From positions 77,564,001 to 77,628,000 of the forward strand of contig NC_086108.1 in assembly GCF_963921235.1 (NCBI RefSeq): 64,000 nucleotides of DNA, given 5' to 3'. Below the pieces are notes generated by a model. The model searched no databases and was not told the origin of the DNA. It saw only the letters and a program-made list of their open reading frames with translations. This DNA comes from Mobula hypostoma. Lineage: Eukaryota. The translations under genes and the position numbers were made by a program. Shown here piece after piece: positions 35,670 through 48,209 of this stretch. Positions within the stretch are counted from its first letter, which is position 1, and the number at the start of each line of letters is the position of its first letter.

Positions 35670-36133
35670 TGAGAGGAGTTCAGTGAGGGTCCAAGTGCAG
35701 AGGGAGAGACAGAGGCATAGAATGAACAGTTCACTGAGTTTTATTGAAAACTGTACAAAACAAAGGAAAATAATAAACACCAGGCCAGCAGGGCTGCTAA
35801 CTAAAACACTCAAACTAACTAAAAATGAACACCATCACTGCGGTTCAAAAGCAGTAACCTAGAAGTAAATCATACTGCTCATTTAACAGTGTCTATCTAA
35901 ATCACCAATCTTCTTTCCCGGAACATGGATTAAGGTAATGGAGAACATTGTCATCACGGTGCTTCTATCAAGACTTGACAGGACTGAAACAAGAGGAAGA
36001 GAGTTAAGTACAATTTCAAAGAAACCCTAATTGGCTGGAATATATGTATTCTCATGTACATGATGGTTGTTTTATTTCAGCTGCCCGCCTGTGAGAGTGC
36101 CCAGACTCCATAACAGTGTCCATGGTTGTGACA
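35670..36133 (-). repeat. 5' LTR
   Basis: Starts TGTCACAACC on the minus strand; direct repeat of 33532-33960. Confidence 0.85.
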
Positions 36134-36277
36134 GTAAGGACTCTCAAAGCTATATTAGCTATACTTCTTCCCACCCTGATATTGTAATAATGCCATTCCC
36201 TTTTCTCAGTTCCTTTGCCTCCGCTGCATCTGTTTCCAGAATGAAACTTTCCTTTCCAGGATATCAGAGATGCCCTC

Positions 36278-36686
36278 TGTTATGTATTTAATATTTCAAT
36301 AATATTTGAGCAATCTTATATCTACATTGCTTGATTAATCAATCTTGTTCACTTAAATAATCACTTATGGTTTATATGCAAAAATATGTGAATTGCACAA
36401 GTCATCACACTACCACATGATACGTGCGCAGCTTGCTTAAGGTAAACACAAAATTAGACTTGCATTTCAGACTCCCATGTCTTCCTTAGATTTAGCTTTA
36501 CGTCTTGATTACACAAAACATAACACTGGCAATGAGATATTTTCAAAACAAGCCTGAGATGGCTACTGACCTGTTCAAGTGCAGCAAGACATTCAAGTTT
36601 TAAAAAAGCACAGTGAGGGGATGGCGAAACAGAGTAGCACATGTCCTTTGAATTAGATTGAAGTTTTTATTAAACAAAACCTAGCA
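36278..36686 (+). mobile_element. Short LTR (36278-36525) plus PBS-like site and leader fragment
   Basis: Perfect termini TGTTATG...CATAACA followed by tggcaatgag (a CpG-decayed tggcgacgag-type PBS); flanks ccctc/tcctc. Confidence 0.7.
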
Positions 36687-37574
36687 TCCTCCTTCTTCAA
36701 AGAACAGGGCTTTGCTTCCTCCACCATTGATGGTTCTCTCACCCACATCTCCTCCATTTTTCGGAAATTCACACTTGCTCCATCTTTCTGCCACTTTAAC
36801 AGTTCCTCTTGTCCTTACCTATCACTCCGTGGACTCCACATGCAACATATCATTCTCCACAACATCCATCATCTTCAACAAGATCCTACCAACAAACACA
36901 CCTTTAACCCCCAAACTTTCTGATTTCAGCAGGGATTGCTCTCTCTGTATTTCTCTTTTATATTCATCCCTCCCCGCTAACCTCGTTCCTGGTACACTAA
37001 CCCTGCAAGTGGATGAAGTGCTATCCCGGGCCATTTACCACCTCCCTTACCTAAATTCAGAGCCTCAAACAGTCCTTCCAGGTGAGGCAACACCTCAGCT
37101 ACCAATCTGTTGGGGCTCTTTACTGTAGCTAGTACTCCCAATATGGCTTTCTCTATGTTGGTAAGACTTGACATAGATTGGGGAACCTCCTTTGTTGAGT
37201 ACTTCTGCTCCATCCGTAAGAAAGCAGGATTTCCCGGTGGCCAACCATTTTAATTCCAATCCCCATTCTCATTCCAACATCTTGGTATATGTCCTCCTCT
37301 ACTGCCATGATGAGGCTACTCTCGGGCTGGAGGAGTAACACTTCATATTCCGTCTGGATAGCTTCCAAGCTGATGGCATGAACATCAATTTCTCGAATTT
37401 CTGATAATTTTTCTCCCTCTGACTTTCCTCTTCTTCTATTTCCGTCTCTAGCTCCCCTTATACCTCTTCTCTTCACCTGCTCCTGATAACCCTCCTCCTT
37501 TCCTTTTTTTAAGGGTCCACTCTCCTCACCAATCAGATTCCTTCTTCTTTAGCACTTTACCTTCTCCACCTATG

Positions 37575-38794
37575 GTTGAGAATGGATGAGGATGCCCTCG
37601 TCTACCTACTGAACCGTGTCTGCGCCCACCTGGACAAGCCAGCGAGCACTGTGAGGGTCATGTTTTATGACTCCTCCAGTGCGTTCAACACCATCCGCCC
37701 TGCTCTGCTGGGGGAGAAACTGACAGCGATGCAGGTGGATGCTTTCCTGGTGTCATGGATTCTTGATTACCTGACTGGCAGACCACAGTACGTGTGCTTG
37801 CAACACTGTGTGTCCGACAGAGTGATTAGCAGCACTGGGGCTCCACAGGGGACTGTCTTGTCTCCCTTTCTCTTCACCATTTACACCTTGGACTTCAACT
37901 ACTGCACAGAGTCTTGTCATCTTCAGAAGTTTTCTGATGACTCTGCCATAGTTGGATGCATCAGCAAGGGAGATGAGGCTGAGTACAGGGCTACGGTAGG
38001 AAACTTTGTCACATGGTGTGAGCAGAATTATCTGCAGTTTAATGTGAAAAAGACTAAGGAGCTGGTGGTAGACCTGAGGAGAGCTAAGGTACCGGTGACC
38101 CCTGTTTCCATCCAGGGGGTCAGTGTGGACATGGTGGAGGATTACAAATACCTGGGGATATGAATTGACAATAAACTGGACTGGTCAAAGAACACTGAGG
38201 CTGTCTACAAGAAGGGTTAGAGCCATTTCTATTTCCTGAGGAGACTGAGGTCCTTTAACATCTGCCGGACGATGCTGAGGATGTTCTACGAGTCTGTGGT
38301 GGCCAGTGCTATCATGTTTGCTGTTGTGTGCTGGGGCAGCAGGCTGAGGGTAGCAGACACCAACAGAATCAACAAACTCATTCGTAAGGCCAGTGATGTT
38401 GTGGGGATGGAACTGGACTCTCTGACGGTGGTGTCTGAAAAGAGGATGCTGTCCAAGTTGCATGCCAACTTGGTCAATGTCTCCCATCCACTACATAATG
38501 TACTGGGTGGGCACAGGAGTACATTCAGCCAGAGACTCATTCCACCGAGATGCAACACAGAGCATCATAGGAAGTCATTCCTGCCTGTGGCCATCAAACT
38601 TTACAACTCCTCCCTTGGAGGGTCAGACACCCTGAGCCAATAGGCTGGTCCTGGACTTATTTCCTGGCACAATTTACATATTACTATTCAACTATTTATG
38701 GTTTTATTACTATTTATTATTTATGGTGCAACTGTAACGAAAACCAATTTCCCCCGGATCAATAAAGTATGACTATGACTATGACTATGACTAT
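37575..38794 (+). mobile_element. Rex1/Babar LINE, 5'-truncated, (CTATGA)n tail
   Basis: VRVMFYDSSSAFNTI, GAPQGTVLSPFLF, QKFSDD, few stops; aataaa followed by gtatgactatgactatgactatga. Confidence 0.92.
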
Positions 38795-39569
38795 CACCTC
38801 CCAGCTTCTCCCTTCATCCCCCCTCCCCTTCCGTACACTAATGGCTTCACCTTTCACATTCTAGCTTGTACACATTTGTCTTCCCCACCTACCTTCTTCA
38901 TCATGCTTCCTCCCCTTCTCTTTCCAGCCTTGATGAAGGGTCTCGGACCAAAATGTTGACTGTTTATTCCTTTCCATAGATACTGCCTGACCAGCTGAGT
39001 TCATCCAGCACTTTATATGGTATAAGTTACTTTGGATTTCCAGCATCTGCAGAATCTCTTGTGTTTATGCTTAAGCATGAGACTGTAGTGTTAAAAAAAA
39101 GATGACTAGTTGCCCTAAATATTAACTGATCACTGGTCTCACTTTCCATTTGTGAGACCTGACAGAATGTAAATTGGCCACCGCTGTTCTCCACAGTGGC
39201 TACACTTCAATAGTAAAGACTGCATCTCTTCCTCTGTCCAATTGTAATTTAGCTGCACATCCATCAGCACAGCCTACTAACTTTCCTATTTAAATAAAAA
39301 CATTCCAAAACTTTCCTGTGCTAATACTTTTCTTTCTTGCACTGGAGAACATTTTAGTAAATTTGCACAGTGTCTTTAGAGTCTTTGCCATTTTTTTCTT
39401 ATGGAGGCAAAAATTGTACATAACACACTAGCTCTCCTCTTAAACAATTACATAGTCATTAAATCTCTGTATAAATTGGTAAAAAAAACAATAGTCTTTC
39501 TTCAGCGTAAAACCTAACACTCATGTTAATGCTTACAGTGCACTGCTTTGGCCACAATTGGAGGATTGT

Positions 39570-42322
39570 GTCAATAAAATAGGCTAAAGTCAGCATGGTT
39601 TCCTTAAAGGGAAATATTCCCTGTTAAATCTGTTGGAATTCTTTGAAGAAATAACAAGCAGGATATTCAATGAAGAGTCAGAGGATGTAGTTTACTTGGA
39701 TTTTCAGAAGGTCTTTGACAAGGTGCCACAGATGAGGCTGCTTTGCAAGATAAGAGCCCATGATATTACAGGAAAGATACTAGCATGGATAGAAAATTGG
39801 CTGTCTGGCAGGAGGCAAAGAGTGGGAATAAAGGGGGCCTTTTTCTGGTTGGCTGCCAGTGGTATTCTGCAGAGGCTGGTGTTAGAACTGCTTCTTTTCA
39901 TGTTACACAGTATGTCAATGATTTGGGTGGTGGTATTGATGGCTTTGTGGACAAGTCTGCAAACAATATGAATATAGGTGGAGCGGCAGGTAGTGTTGAG
40001 GAAGCAGGGAGCCTACAGAAGGACTCAGGCAGATTGGGAGAATGGGCAAAGAAGGGGCAGATGAAACAGAGTGTGGGGAACTGTATGGTCATGCGTTTTG
40101 GTAGAAGGAATAAAGGCAGAGACTATTTTCTAAATGGGGAGAAAATCCAACAATCAGATATACAAAAGGACTTGGGACTCCTTGTGCAAGGCTTCCTAAT
40201 GGTTAACTTGCAGCTTGAGTCAGTGGTAAGAATGGCAAATGCAATGTTACCATTCATTTTGAGAGAACTAGAATATAAGAGAAGGATGTAATGCTGAGGC
40301 TTTATAAGGCACTAGTCAGACCACACTTGGAGTACTGTGGGCAGTTTTGAGCCCCTTATCTAAGAAAACATGTGCTGGCATTGAAGAGGGTCCGGAGGGT
40401 TCACAAAAATGATTCTGGGAATGAAAGGGTTAACTATGAGGCGACTTGATGGCTCTGGGCCTGTACTCACTGGAGCTGAGAAGAATGAGGGGGATCTCAT
40501 AGAAAGCTATCGAATATGAAAGGCCGAGATAAAGTGGGTGTGGAGTGGATGTATCCTAGAGTGGGTGAGTCTAAGACCAGAGAGAACAGCCTCAGAATAG
40601 AGGGACGTCCATTTAAGTCAAGCCAAGTCACTTTTTATTGTCATTTCGACCATAACTGCTGGTACAGTACACAGTAAAAATGAGAATGTTTTTCAGGGCC
40701 ATGGTGCTACATGAAACAATACAAAAACTACACTGAACTACGTAAAACAACACAAAAGCTACACTAGACTACAGACCTACCCAGGACTGCATAAAGTGCA
40801 CAAAACAGTGCAGGCATTACAATAAATAATAAACAAGACAGTAGGCACAGTAGAGGGCAGTAGGTTGGTGTCAGTCCAGGCTCTGGGTATTGAGGAGTCT
40901 GATGACTTGGGGGAAGAAACTGTTACATAGTCTGGTCGTGAGAGCCCGAATACTTCAGTGCCTTTTGCCAGATGGCAGGAGGGAGAAGAGTTTGTATGAG
41001 GTGTGCGTGGGGTCCTTCATAATGCTGTTTACTTTGCAGATGCAGCGTGTGGTGTAAATGTCTGTAATGGCTGGAAGAGAGACCCTGATGATCTTCTCAG
41101 CTGACCTCACTATCCGCTGTAGAGTCTTGCGATCCGAGATGGTGCAATTTCCGAACCAGGCAGTGATGCAGCTGCTCAGGATGCTCTCAATACAACCTCT
41201 GTAGAATGTGGTGAGGATGGGGTTGGGAGATGGACTTTTCTCAGCCTTCGCAGAAAGTAGAGACGCTGTTGGGCTTTCTTTGCTATGGAGTTGGTGTTGA
41301 GGGACCAGGTGAGATTCTCCGCCAGGTGAACACCAAGAAATTTGGTGCTCTTAACGATCTCTACAGAGGAGTCGTTGATGTTCAGTGGAGAGTGGTCGTT
41401 CCGTGTCCTCCTGAAGTCAACAACCATCTCTTTTGTTTTGTTCACATTCAGAGACAGGTTGTTGGCTCTGCACCAGTCCGTTAGCCGCTGCACCTCCTCT
41501 CCGTATGCTGACTCGTGTTTCTTGCTAATGAGACCCACCATGGTCGTGTCATTGGCGATCTTGATGATGTGATTCGAGCTGTGTATTGCTGCACAGTCAT
41601 GGGTCAGCAGAGTGAACAGCAGTGGGCTGAGCACACAGCCCTGGGGGGGCCCCATGCTCAGTGTGATGGTGTTTGGAGATGCTGCTTCCAATCCAGACTA
41701 CCTCAGTCAGGAAGTCTAGGATCCAGTTGCAGAGGGAGGTGTTCAGGCCCAGTAGGCTCAGCTTTCCAATCAGTTTCTGAGGAATGATTGTGTTGAATGC
41801 TGAACTGAAGTCTATAAACAGCATTCGAACGTAAGTGTCTTTTTTGTCCGTGGGTTAGGGCCAGGTGGAGGGTGATGGCAATGGCGTCATCTGTTGAACA
41901 GTTGGGACGGTACGCGAACTGCAGGGGTTCCAGTAAGGGGGACAGCAGGGTCTTGATATGCCTCATGACGAGCCTCTCAAAACACTTCATGCTGATGGAT
42001 GTGAGTGCAATGGGACAGTAGTCGTTAAGGCAGGACACTGAAGCCTTCTTCGGCACGGGGACGATGGTTAGAACAGAGATGAGGAATAATTTCTTTAGCC
42101 AGAGGTTAGTGAACCCGTGGAATTCATTGCCACAGATAGCTGTAGAAGCTAAGTCATTGAGTATATTTAAAGTGGAGGTTGATAGGTTCTTGATTAGTCT
42201 GCGTGTCACAGGTTACAGAGAGAAGGCAAGAGAATGGATTTGAGAGGGTCATTAAATTAGCCATGACGGAATGGGCAGCAGATTTGATGGGCTGAATTCT
42301 GCTCCCATGTCTTATCGTCTAA
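39570..42322 (+). mobile_element. Decayed CR1 (RT to tail), interrupted by a Rex1-like LINE
   Basis: VVYLDFQKVFDKVP, LQKDSGRLGEWAK; sequence resumes at ~42067 with ttagaacagagatgagg. Confidence 0.9.
40614..42066 (-). mobile_element. Rex1/Babar-like LINE, 5'-truncated, (TTGAC)n-like tail
   Basis: [61 protein letters not shown]. Confidence 0.92.
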
Positions 42323-42794
42323 ATTCTGCATTCTCCTCTGGAGGAAGAGTGTGAATGTTCCGGAAAGAAAGAAGAACTGTTAGGTGTACAAGGGATTTAA
42401 GCTTTAAAATTAGTCTAAAACAGTTGGATTTTCATCAGAGCAATAAAGGTTGAGATAAGATCTAATAGATGTTTAAGAGCACAAAGAGTCTGTGGGGTAA
42501 CCAGGAAGAAGAGGCTTCCATTAGTGGATGGCTCAAGGGCTTGAGGAGAAAGTGTAAGGCTATAATTTAATGATTTAGTCAATGAGGCACAAATCTACCA
42601 AAGAATCTTGTCACAGCAGAATTAACTTTACTTGCATTATTTGTTTGTTTACTGTTTAAACACCATCCATGTGTCCTGTAGAAGGGTAAGAATAAGCAGG
42701 CCTGTATTGTAAACTCAGCATGACTTAGTATGCTTTTTATATAGAAAATGCTTTTGAAGTGTAGGTAATGCCACAACCAAGGAAGTTCATCAGT

Positions 42795-43445
42795 GCCTCT
42801 CGTTCCTCAGTGGTTGGCATCTGTCTAACTCAAAGGATAATGGGTGATGATCATTATCATCACAAGCCTAGGCTGAAGGTCTGAAGATCCTGAGATGCCC
42901 AGACGTCCAGATCCCCCTCTCGGCATCACCAGCATTGTCCAAAGGAAAGCTTATGAAGCCACATGTTTGGCACCAGCTTGGCTGCAGGAGCTGCTGGAAG
43001 GAAGTTCAATGATGCCCAGCCGCTTTAGAGGCTCCGCTCCAGAATTGCAGTCTGGGTTTACTCCCGTAGCTTTCGTCTCTCCTGAGGCTGGCCACAGTGC
43101 AGAGGGGCCATTTAACCATAGCTGTGGATCTGGTTAATGAGTACCAGGGCATATCCACACATCGGTGGCCCTGGGTGCTACATGTACAGGGGCCAGAGCT
43201 TGTCTCCATCTTCTGTAGTTCAGCCTGAGTCTGAAAGGAGTTCAGTTTCCATGTGTTGCCAGCGAGGAGGCACTACATGGGGCTTGCTGTTGCAGAGGCT
43301 ATGTACTGGCAAAGAGAGACTTACATACTCAGCTCTCCTTTTCACAAGACCGCTAGCCAGCGGGGGAAGCTGAAAGTGAGAGCAACAAGTACGACCCAGC
43401 TACTCTACCACACCAGACGCATCACAACAACCATTCTGACACCAG
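42795..43445 (-). mobile_element. Probable non-autonomous RTE-derived (bipartite) element
   Basis: Minus strand gaaagctacgggagtaaacc..ctggagcggagcc (RTE/Expander 5'UTR-like) joined to an RTE-like 3' end agacagatgccaacca; no RT. Confidence 0.5.
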
Positions 43446-43864
43446 AGTAGACTAAAGAAAGTAGTTCCCTTTGACCTTCAGCAACTTTTATCAATGTACC
43501 ATAGACAGCATCTGCTCTGCATATGGCTGCAAGAGGCTATAGAGAGTTATGGAAACAGCTGAGTGTATCATGTAAACTAGACTTCCTTCCACGGACTCTG
43601 CTTACACTTCTCCCCTGCCTCGGTAAAGTAGCCAATAGAATCAAGGATCCTACCTACCCGGGACGTTCTCTCTTCTTCCCACTCTCATTGGGCAAAAGAT
43701 ACAAGGCCTGAAATTGCACACCACCAGGTCCAAGCACAAGTAAATAATTTGTTTTTTTTCTCCCTATTTTAATATTTTTAGTTTGTCTAACATTATTGTG
43801 GTTTTAAGTAAACTTATTTATTTCAATTTACTAATTTATTTAAAAAAATATTTAAGTGATCCTG

Positions 43865-43997
43865 AAACACAAGAGATTCTGCAGATGCTGGAAATCCAGA
43901 GTAACACAAGCAAAATGTCTCAGCTCAAAACATCAACTCTTTATTCATTTCCATAGATGCTGCCTGATCTGCTAAGTTCTCCTGCATTTTGTGTGTT
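43865..43997. mobile_element. Inverted PLE pLTR mini-element
   Basis: Minus-oriented terminal arm 43865-43916, then a plus arm starting at gtctcagctcaaaacatcaact (hammerhead helix II remnant). Confidence 0.75.
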
Positions 43998-44245
43998 AAT
44001 TATTCTTAACTGTTTTTAAATGTATATGATGAAGGAACATGGAAAAGGCCACAACGGGGTTACCTGTCAAGGTGGGTGATAGCCTGCAAGATGATAGCAA
44101 TGTTTTAAAATGATGTATATTTTGTAAATACTGAACTGAAAACGATGCAAATATTGTAGATATATTAATAATTCCTTTCCTTACAAAAAGCTGCTTTTGT
44201 TCAGTTACTGGTGATGTATCTTTCACTATATTAAGTCAGAACAAT

Positions 44246-44460
44246 ATTGTCCAAGGATAGCATTGATGTCCAAGAATGGAATTGATATGCCAGAGTGAAA
44301 TTGATGCCCAAGGATAGCATTCATGTCCAGAGTGGCACTGATGTGTCAAGGACAGCGTTGATGTCCAAGGGTGGCATTGATGTGCCAGGCTGGCATTCAT
44401 GTCCAAGGATGGAACTGATGGCCAAGGAAGGCACTGATATGCTAGGGTGGCATTGATATT
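44246..44460. repeat. Minisatellite, ~19-20 bp unit (gcattgatgtccaaggatg-like), about 11 diverged copies
   Basis: Periodic cattgatg/ccaagg units. Confidence 0.8.
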
Positions 44461-45249
44461 TTGTGATTCACTCCCCAATATCAAGGAACTTTTGGGCTCA
44501 TTATTCTGCCATGGACCACAAAACTTTAGCTCGCCATGGCACGGACTGCTGGGTGTTCACTATCACATTTCATTTAAAGGACAGCAAAAGAGGAGAGGTT
44601 TGTTTATATATTGGAAGTGGATTGACCTGACAATCTCCTGAACTAGCTACTAAATGGAACAACCTGAGAGACAAACTAATCTTTGAATACTAGAGTATAG
44701 CCATGGTCTTGAATGTAATCAAATAAAGTATGCTTCATTTAGCATTCCCCACTCCTTGTAAACAGGCAGTTGTCTACATTTTAATGGCTGTGTTTTTTTA
44801 ATAGGTAACATTTTAATGGGTCTTAGGGATGTAGTTATGATCTTAGTAAAGCATTAAACTAATAATAAAATGACTGCAAGATTAGGACCGGCCTTCAGGT
44901 GCTTAAAAGTAATCCGTATCACTGAGCTGTAAGCTATATAATTCAGTTATCTTCTGACAACATTACATTCCAGTGTGCTGAAGTTGCACATTACTGTATC
45001 ATTGAATTGAGTTTGGAAGTATTTTTCAATTCCTATTTATTCAATTAATTTTCTGCATCCTGTACTTTTAATCAGAATATTTAGGTAAAGTATGATCAAT
45101 CGGCTGTAACCACATCTTGGATGACACAAATGTACTTCTTTGATGGAGTCAAATGTGGATTCAGTGATAGTGTTTTTGCTTTTATTTTGGAACATTTTGG
45201 GTTTAGTACTGAGGGGGTGACTAGACCATCGGTCATGTCCTCCTACGAG

Positions 45250-45505
45250 TATTGTACGTCCTGACTGCTCTGCCAGGTGGATATGAAGCACCCAAGGCAC
45301 TGTTTAAACAAACAGCTGAGTTCTCTCAGGTATTCATTGCTCAAACAACATTACTAAACCAGATTGTTTGGCTTTAATTATTTACAAAAATATGTCTGCA
45401 GAATGTTTTACATTATCTCTTACATTACAATGACTATACCTCAAAGCGACTTCATTTCCCACAGAGTGCTCTTGAAATCATAGAAAGGAGTATTATAAAT
45501 GAGAT
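45250..45505 (+). mobile_element. Ancient DeuSINE-like (SacSINE1/AmnSINE1-like) remnant
   Basis: caggtggatatgaagcacccaaggcactgttt..gagttctc..ctaaaccagatt and tail acattacaatgacta..aaagg..tataaatg; tail-like fragments also at ~4320-4390, 4640-4700 and 39125-39215. Confidence 0.5.
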
Positions 45506-48209
45506 TTCTGTTTATTAATCTATTTGCTAAACTCCTTGAATGAAGATAGTTGTATTTGAAAATTATTAGGACCCGACACATCTCAGAAACAAAAAGCTCT
45601 GGTGAAATTGAAATAAGACCTTGGATTAACTACAATAATTAGGGTGAGATGTTGGCATCTTATTTTGTGAACAGAGGCAGCCACCTCTATTCAATCTGAG
45701 AGGCCAGTTTTGCCAATAATGCCCCAATGTCCATACTTGTGAGGAATAAAGAGAATGTCAGGTAATTCTGTGAACCGCTCCAGAGCTGGAATGAGAACCT
45801 CTTCTCCCCTGTTCCTGTCTCAATATGAACATTTCTTTTCCTGAAGACTTACCTTTATTGTCAGCCATCAAGGTCAAGATCGAGATTGCTTATAGTCATT
45901 CTTCAGTATATGAGCATAAAGGAGAATGATATGATTGTTACTCTGGATCCAACGCAGCTTGGAAAATAAGCATTGAGAACACAGTAAAAGGCAAAAAAAA
46001 ACAACACAATAAATATCAATATAAAAGCAATCCTATAAGACACAATGCGTTTGAGTGTGACCATATATACGTAAGTTAGCTTATATAAAGTGATGCTAGG
46101 TACAGGAGTATCTGTACATAAGGTGTCTGATAGAAAATGGTAAAGTGACAAAGTGACTTGGCAAAAGGAACTCTTCTAGGTAGCAGCAGGACATAAGAAA
46201 ACACAGTAGTTCAGTGACTGTGCCAGTGTAGCTGTGAGGTGTGGAGAGTAATCATCAAGTAGCGGTGCATGGGTGGTGGTGGGGTGGGGGGGGGTGAGAA
46301 GCTATGGAGAGGAGAGGCTGCTGATGTGAATGGAGTGGCGGTGGGGTGGGTTAATGGGTGGAGCTGTTGATCAGCCTGTTGTCTTGGGGACAGTTACACT
46401 GTGGGATGAATTGAATATAATGAGTCCTATTGCAGGGCAGTTCAGTGTAGTCCAGTTTTAGGAAGGGATCCTGAAACAGAAGATATGGAACCTGATTAAG
46501 CCAACAGAAGCAATTTAATGCCTGGCTGTGCAGCAGTCAAAATGCTTGGCTCCACATGAGCCTGTAAGCACTTGTGGTGTTTCAGGGCATGATACAAGCC
46601 CTGTTGGTAGAAATCAGAGCTTTAACATCTCGCTAGTTTCTGATTTGCCTATTTTCACAGCGATTTAAATTCCTCCACTATAACCACAATTCTCTCTCCA
46701 CACACCCCCTTGACCCATTGAATGTGTTCAGCATTTATCTGGGATATTGCTGAGGTTCCTGGGGTAAGAGTTCAGTTAAAATCAAATTTATTTTTTTATA
46801 AATTGCATTATCTTAAAATACCATTACAAGGAAGAAGGAAAACATTAACACCCCAATATGAAACACAAGGCTGTTAAGGCACCGTTATCCTAAAACATTT
46901 ACTGTATCTATGTTCAAACTCCTTTGCTCTTGTTATAACTAGATATTAACTATTTGAAGCAAACAAAGAAGTCTTAATTAAATTAGTGCATAAAGGTAAT
47001 ACTGAGAAAACACATTAAGCTTCTGAACTCTAATCTTCATGGATTGCAATTTCAAAGGTTTAGTAATCTGCCTTGAAAGGTAATAAAGCACTTTTCAACC
47101 TGAGAAAGGAGCTCTTCATCGTCTATAATCACATATAATTGCAGAGCTCTCTTCAGAATATAAGTTTGTAAAAACACTATACCAGATAAATTAAAGCTTT
47201 CATTCTAAAAAGGTGAACAGTTCCACCTTGCTGAGTCACATAAGCTATGAATGTCTGAGAGCTGGCACAGAATGAATTTCCCAGGTAGACACATGTGCTA
47301 ACTTGACTTAGAACATTGGAAAGGCTTCAGCTCTTTCATTAGATGGTGCAAAATTCCCTTTTATTTTCTGTTTGTTGAGATTACCTTTAATCATATCATA
47401 TATCCAGTTTAAGAATAAATCTTTAGATGCACAAATTCATTGATACCAGATGGAGACAATACCAATTTGTCTTAGCTATTACAGGCATGCAAATTTTGGC
47501 ACGTTGATAGCAACAAGAAGATGGATAATATTGAAAAACATAAAACTGAATAAGTCCCCTGTGAACCTAAATACCAAAGAAACCTAACAAGAAGCCTCTG
47601 TCAGTGTAATACTGACTTGCTTATTGTTTGTCATTGTTGGCTCCTCCAGTATTTTTGGCTGAGCTATTTTTAATCTGTGTGATTCATGAGAGAGGTGGCA
47701 ATTTTTTTCCACTTGTTTCAGAGCTACCAGAGAGAAATGCTTCTGACATTGATTGCTGCAGGTATCACTCAGATCTTTGGGCTCATGTGCCCTTGACAAA
47801 TGTTTACAGGTGATACTTTTTTTCAGAAAAGATAGGATTTTAGACACTTCAAGATAATCTGTTTGTTTTTTTGCGAAACTGTGAGATTGGTGATTATAAG
47901 GAGCGAACTAATGTCAACAAAACAGTGATAGGTAGCTTGTATCAATAAGTTGTAAGGAAGTTATTTAATTAAGCAGTAAATTTGGGGTTGAAGTGGCATT
48001 TTAAAGGAAATTAGAACAATAGAGCAACAAAGAAAGAGAAAATAGATGCTTGGCCCAAGATTGCAGGGGAGCAGGGAACAGGGGATTCTCAGCTGAAATG
48101 AAATTCATTGATCTGCCATCAAAGAGTACAGATTGCAGGCTAGCAATAGAGGCCTCCACCTATCCTCATCCAGTGCCATCATTTCCACCCATTATATTGA
48201 ATTAGGTCA

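Larger units (their letters stand above)
33532..36133 (-). mobile_element. Gypsy chromovirus-type (sushi-like) LTR retrotransposon, internally deleted
   Basis: Two LTRs; gag DYAEKFHTLAAGTGWNEKSL; protease AFIDSGAAGN; GPF..PVFHVSQLKP plus chromodomain remnant; polypurine tract gagggatagggg next to the 3' LTR. Confidence 0.9.
33270..39070 (+). mobile_element. Old Penelope-like element with inverted 5' pLTR, hosting three nested insertions
   Basis: Inverted pLTR 33270-33520; body pieces 33521-33531, 36139-36277 (KPT/DSQSYISYTSSHP), 36687-37574 (VPLVLTYH, decayed GIY-YIG); 3' pLTR 38795-39070. Confidence 0.8.

Noticed and set aside
44246..44460. CRISPR-like array
   Set aside because: No unique spacers, no cas genes, and a eukaryotic context
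46270..46360. G-quadruplex-like G-runs
   Set aside because: Low-complexity tract within a decayed LINE tail; no independent support
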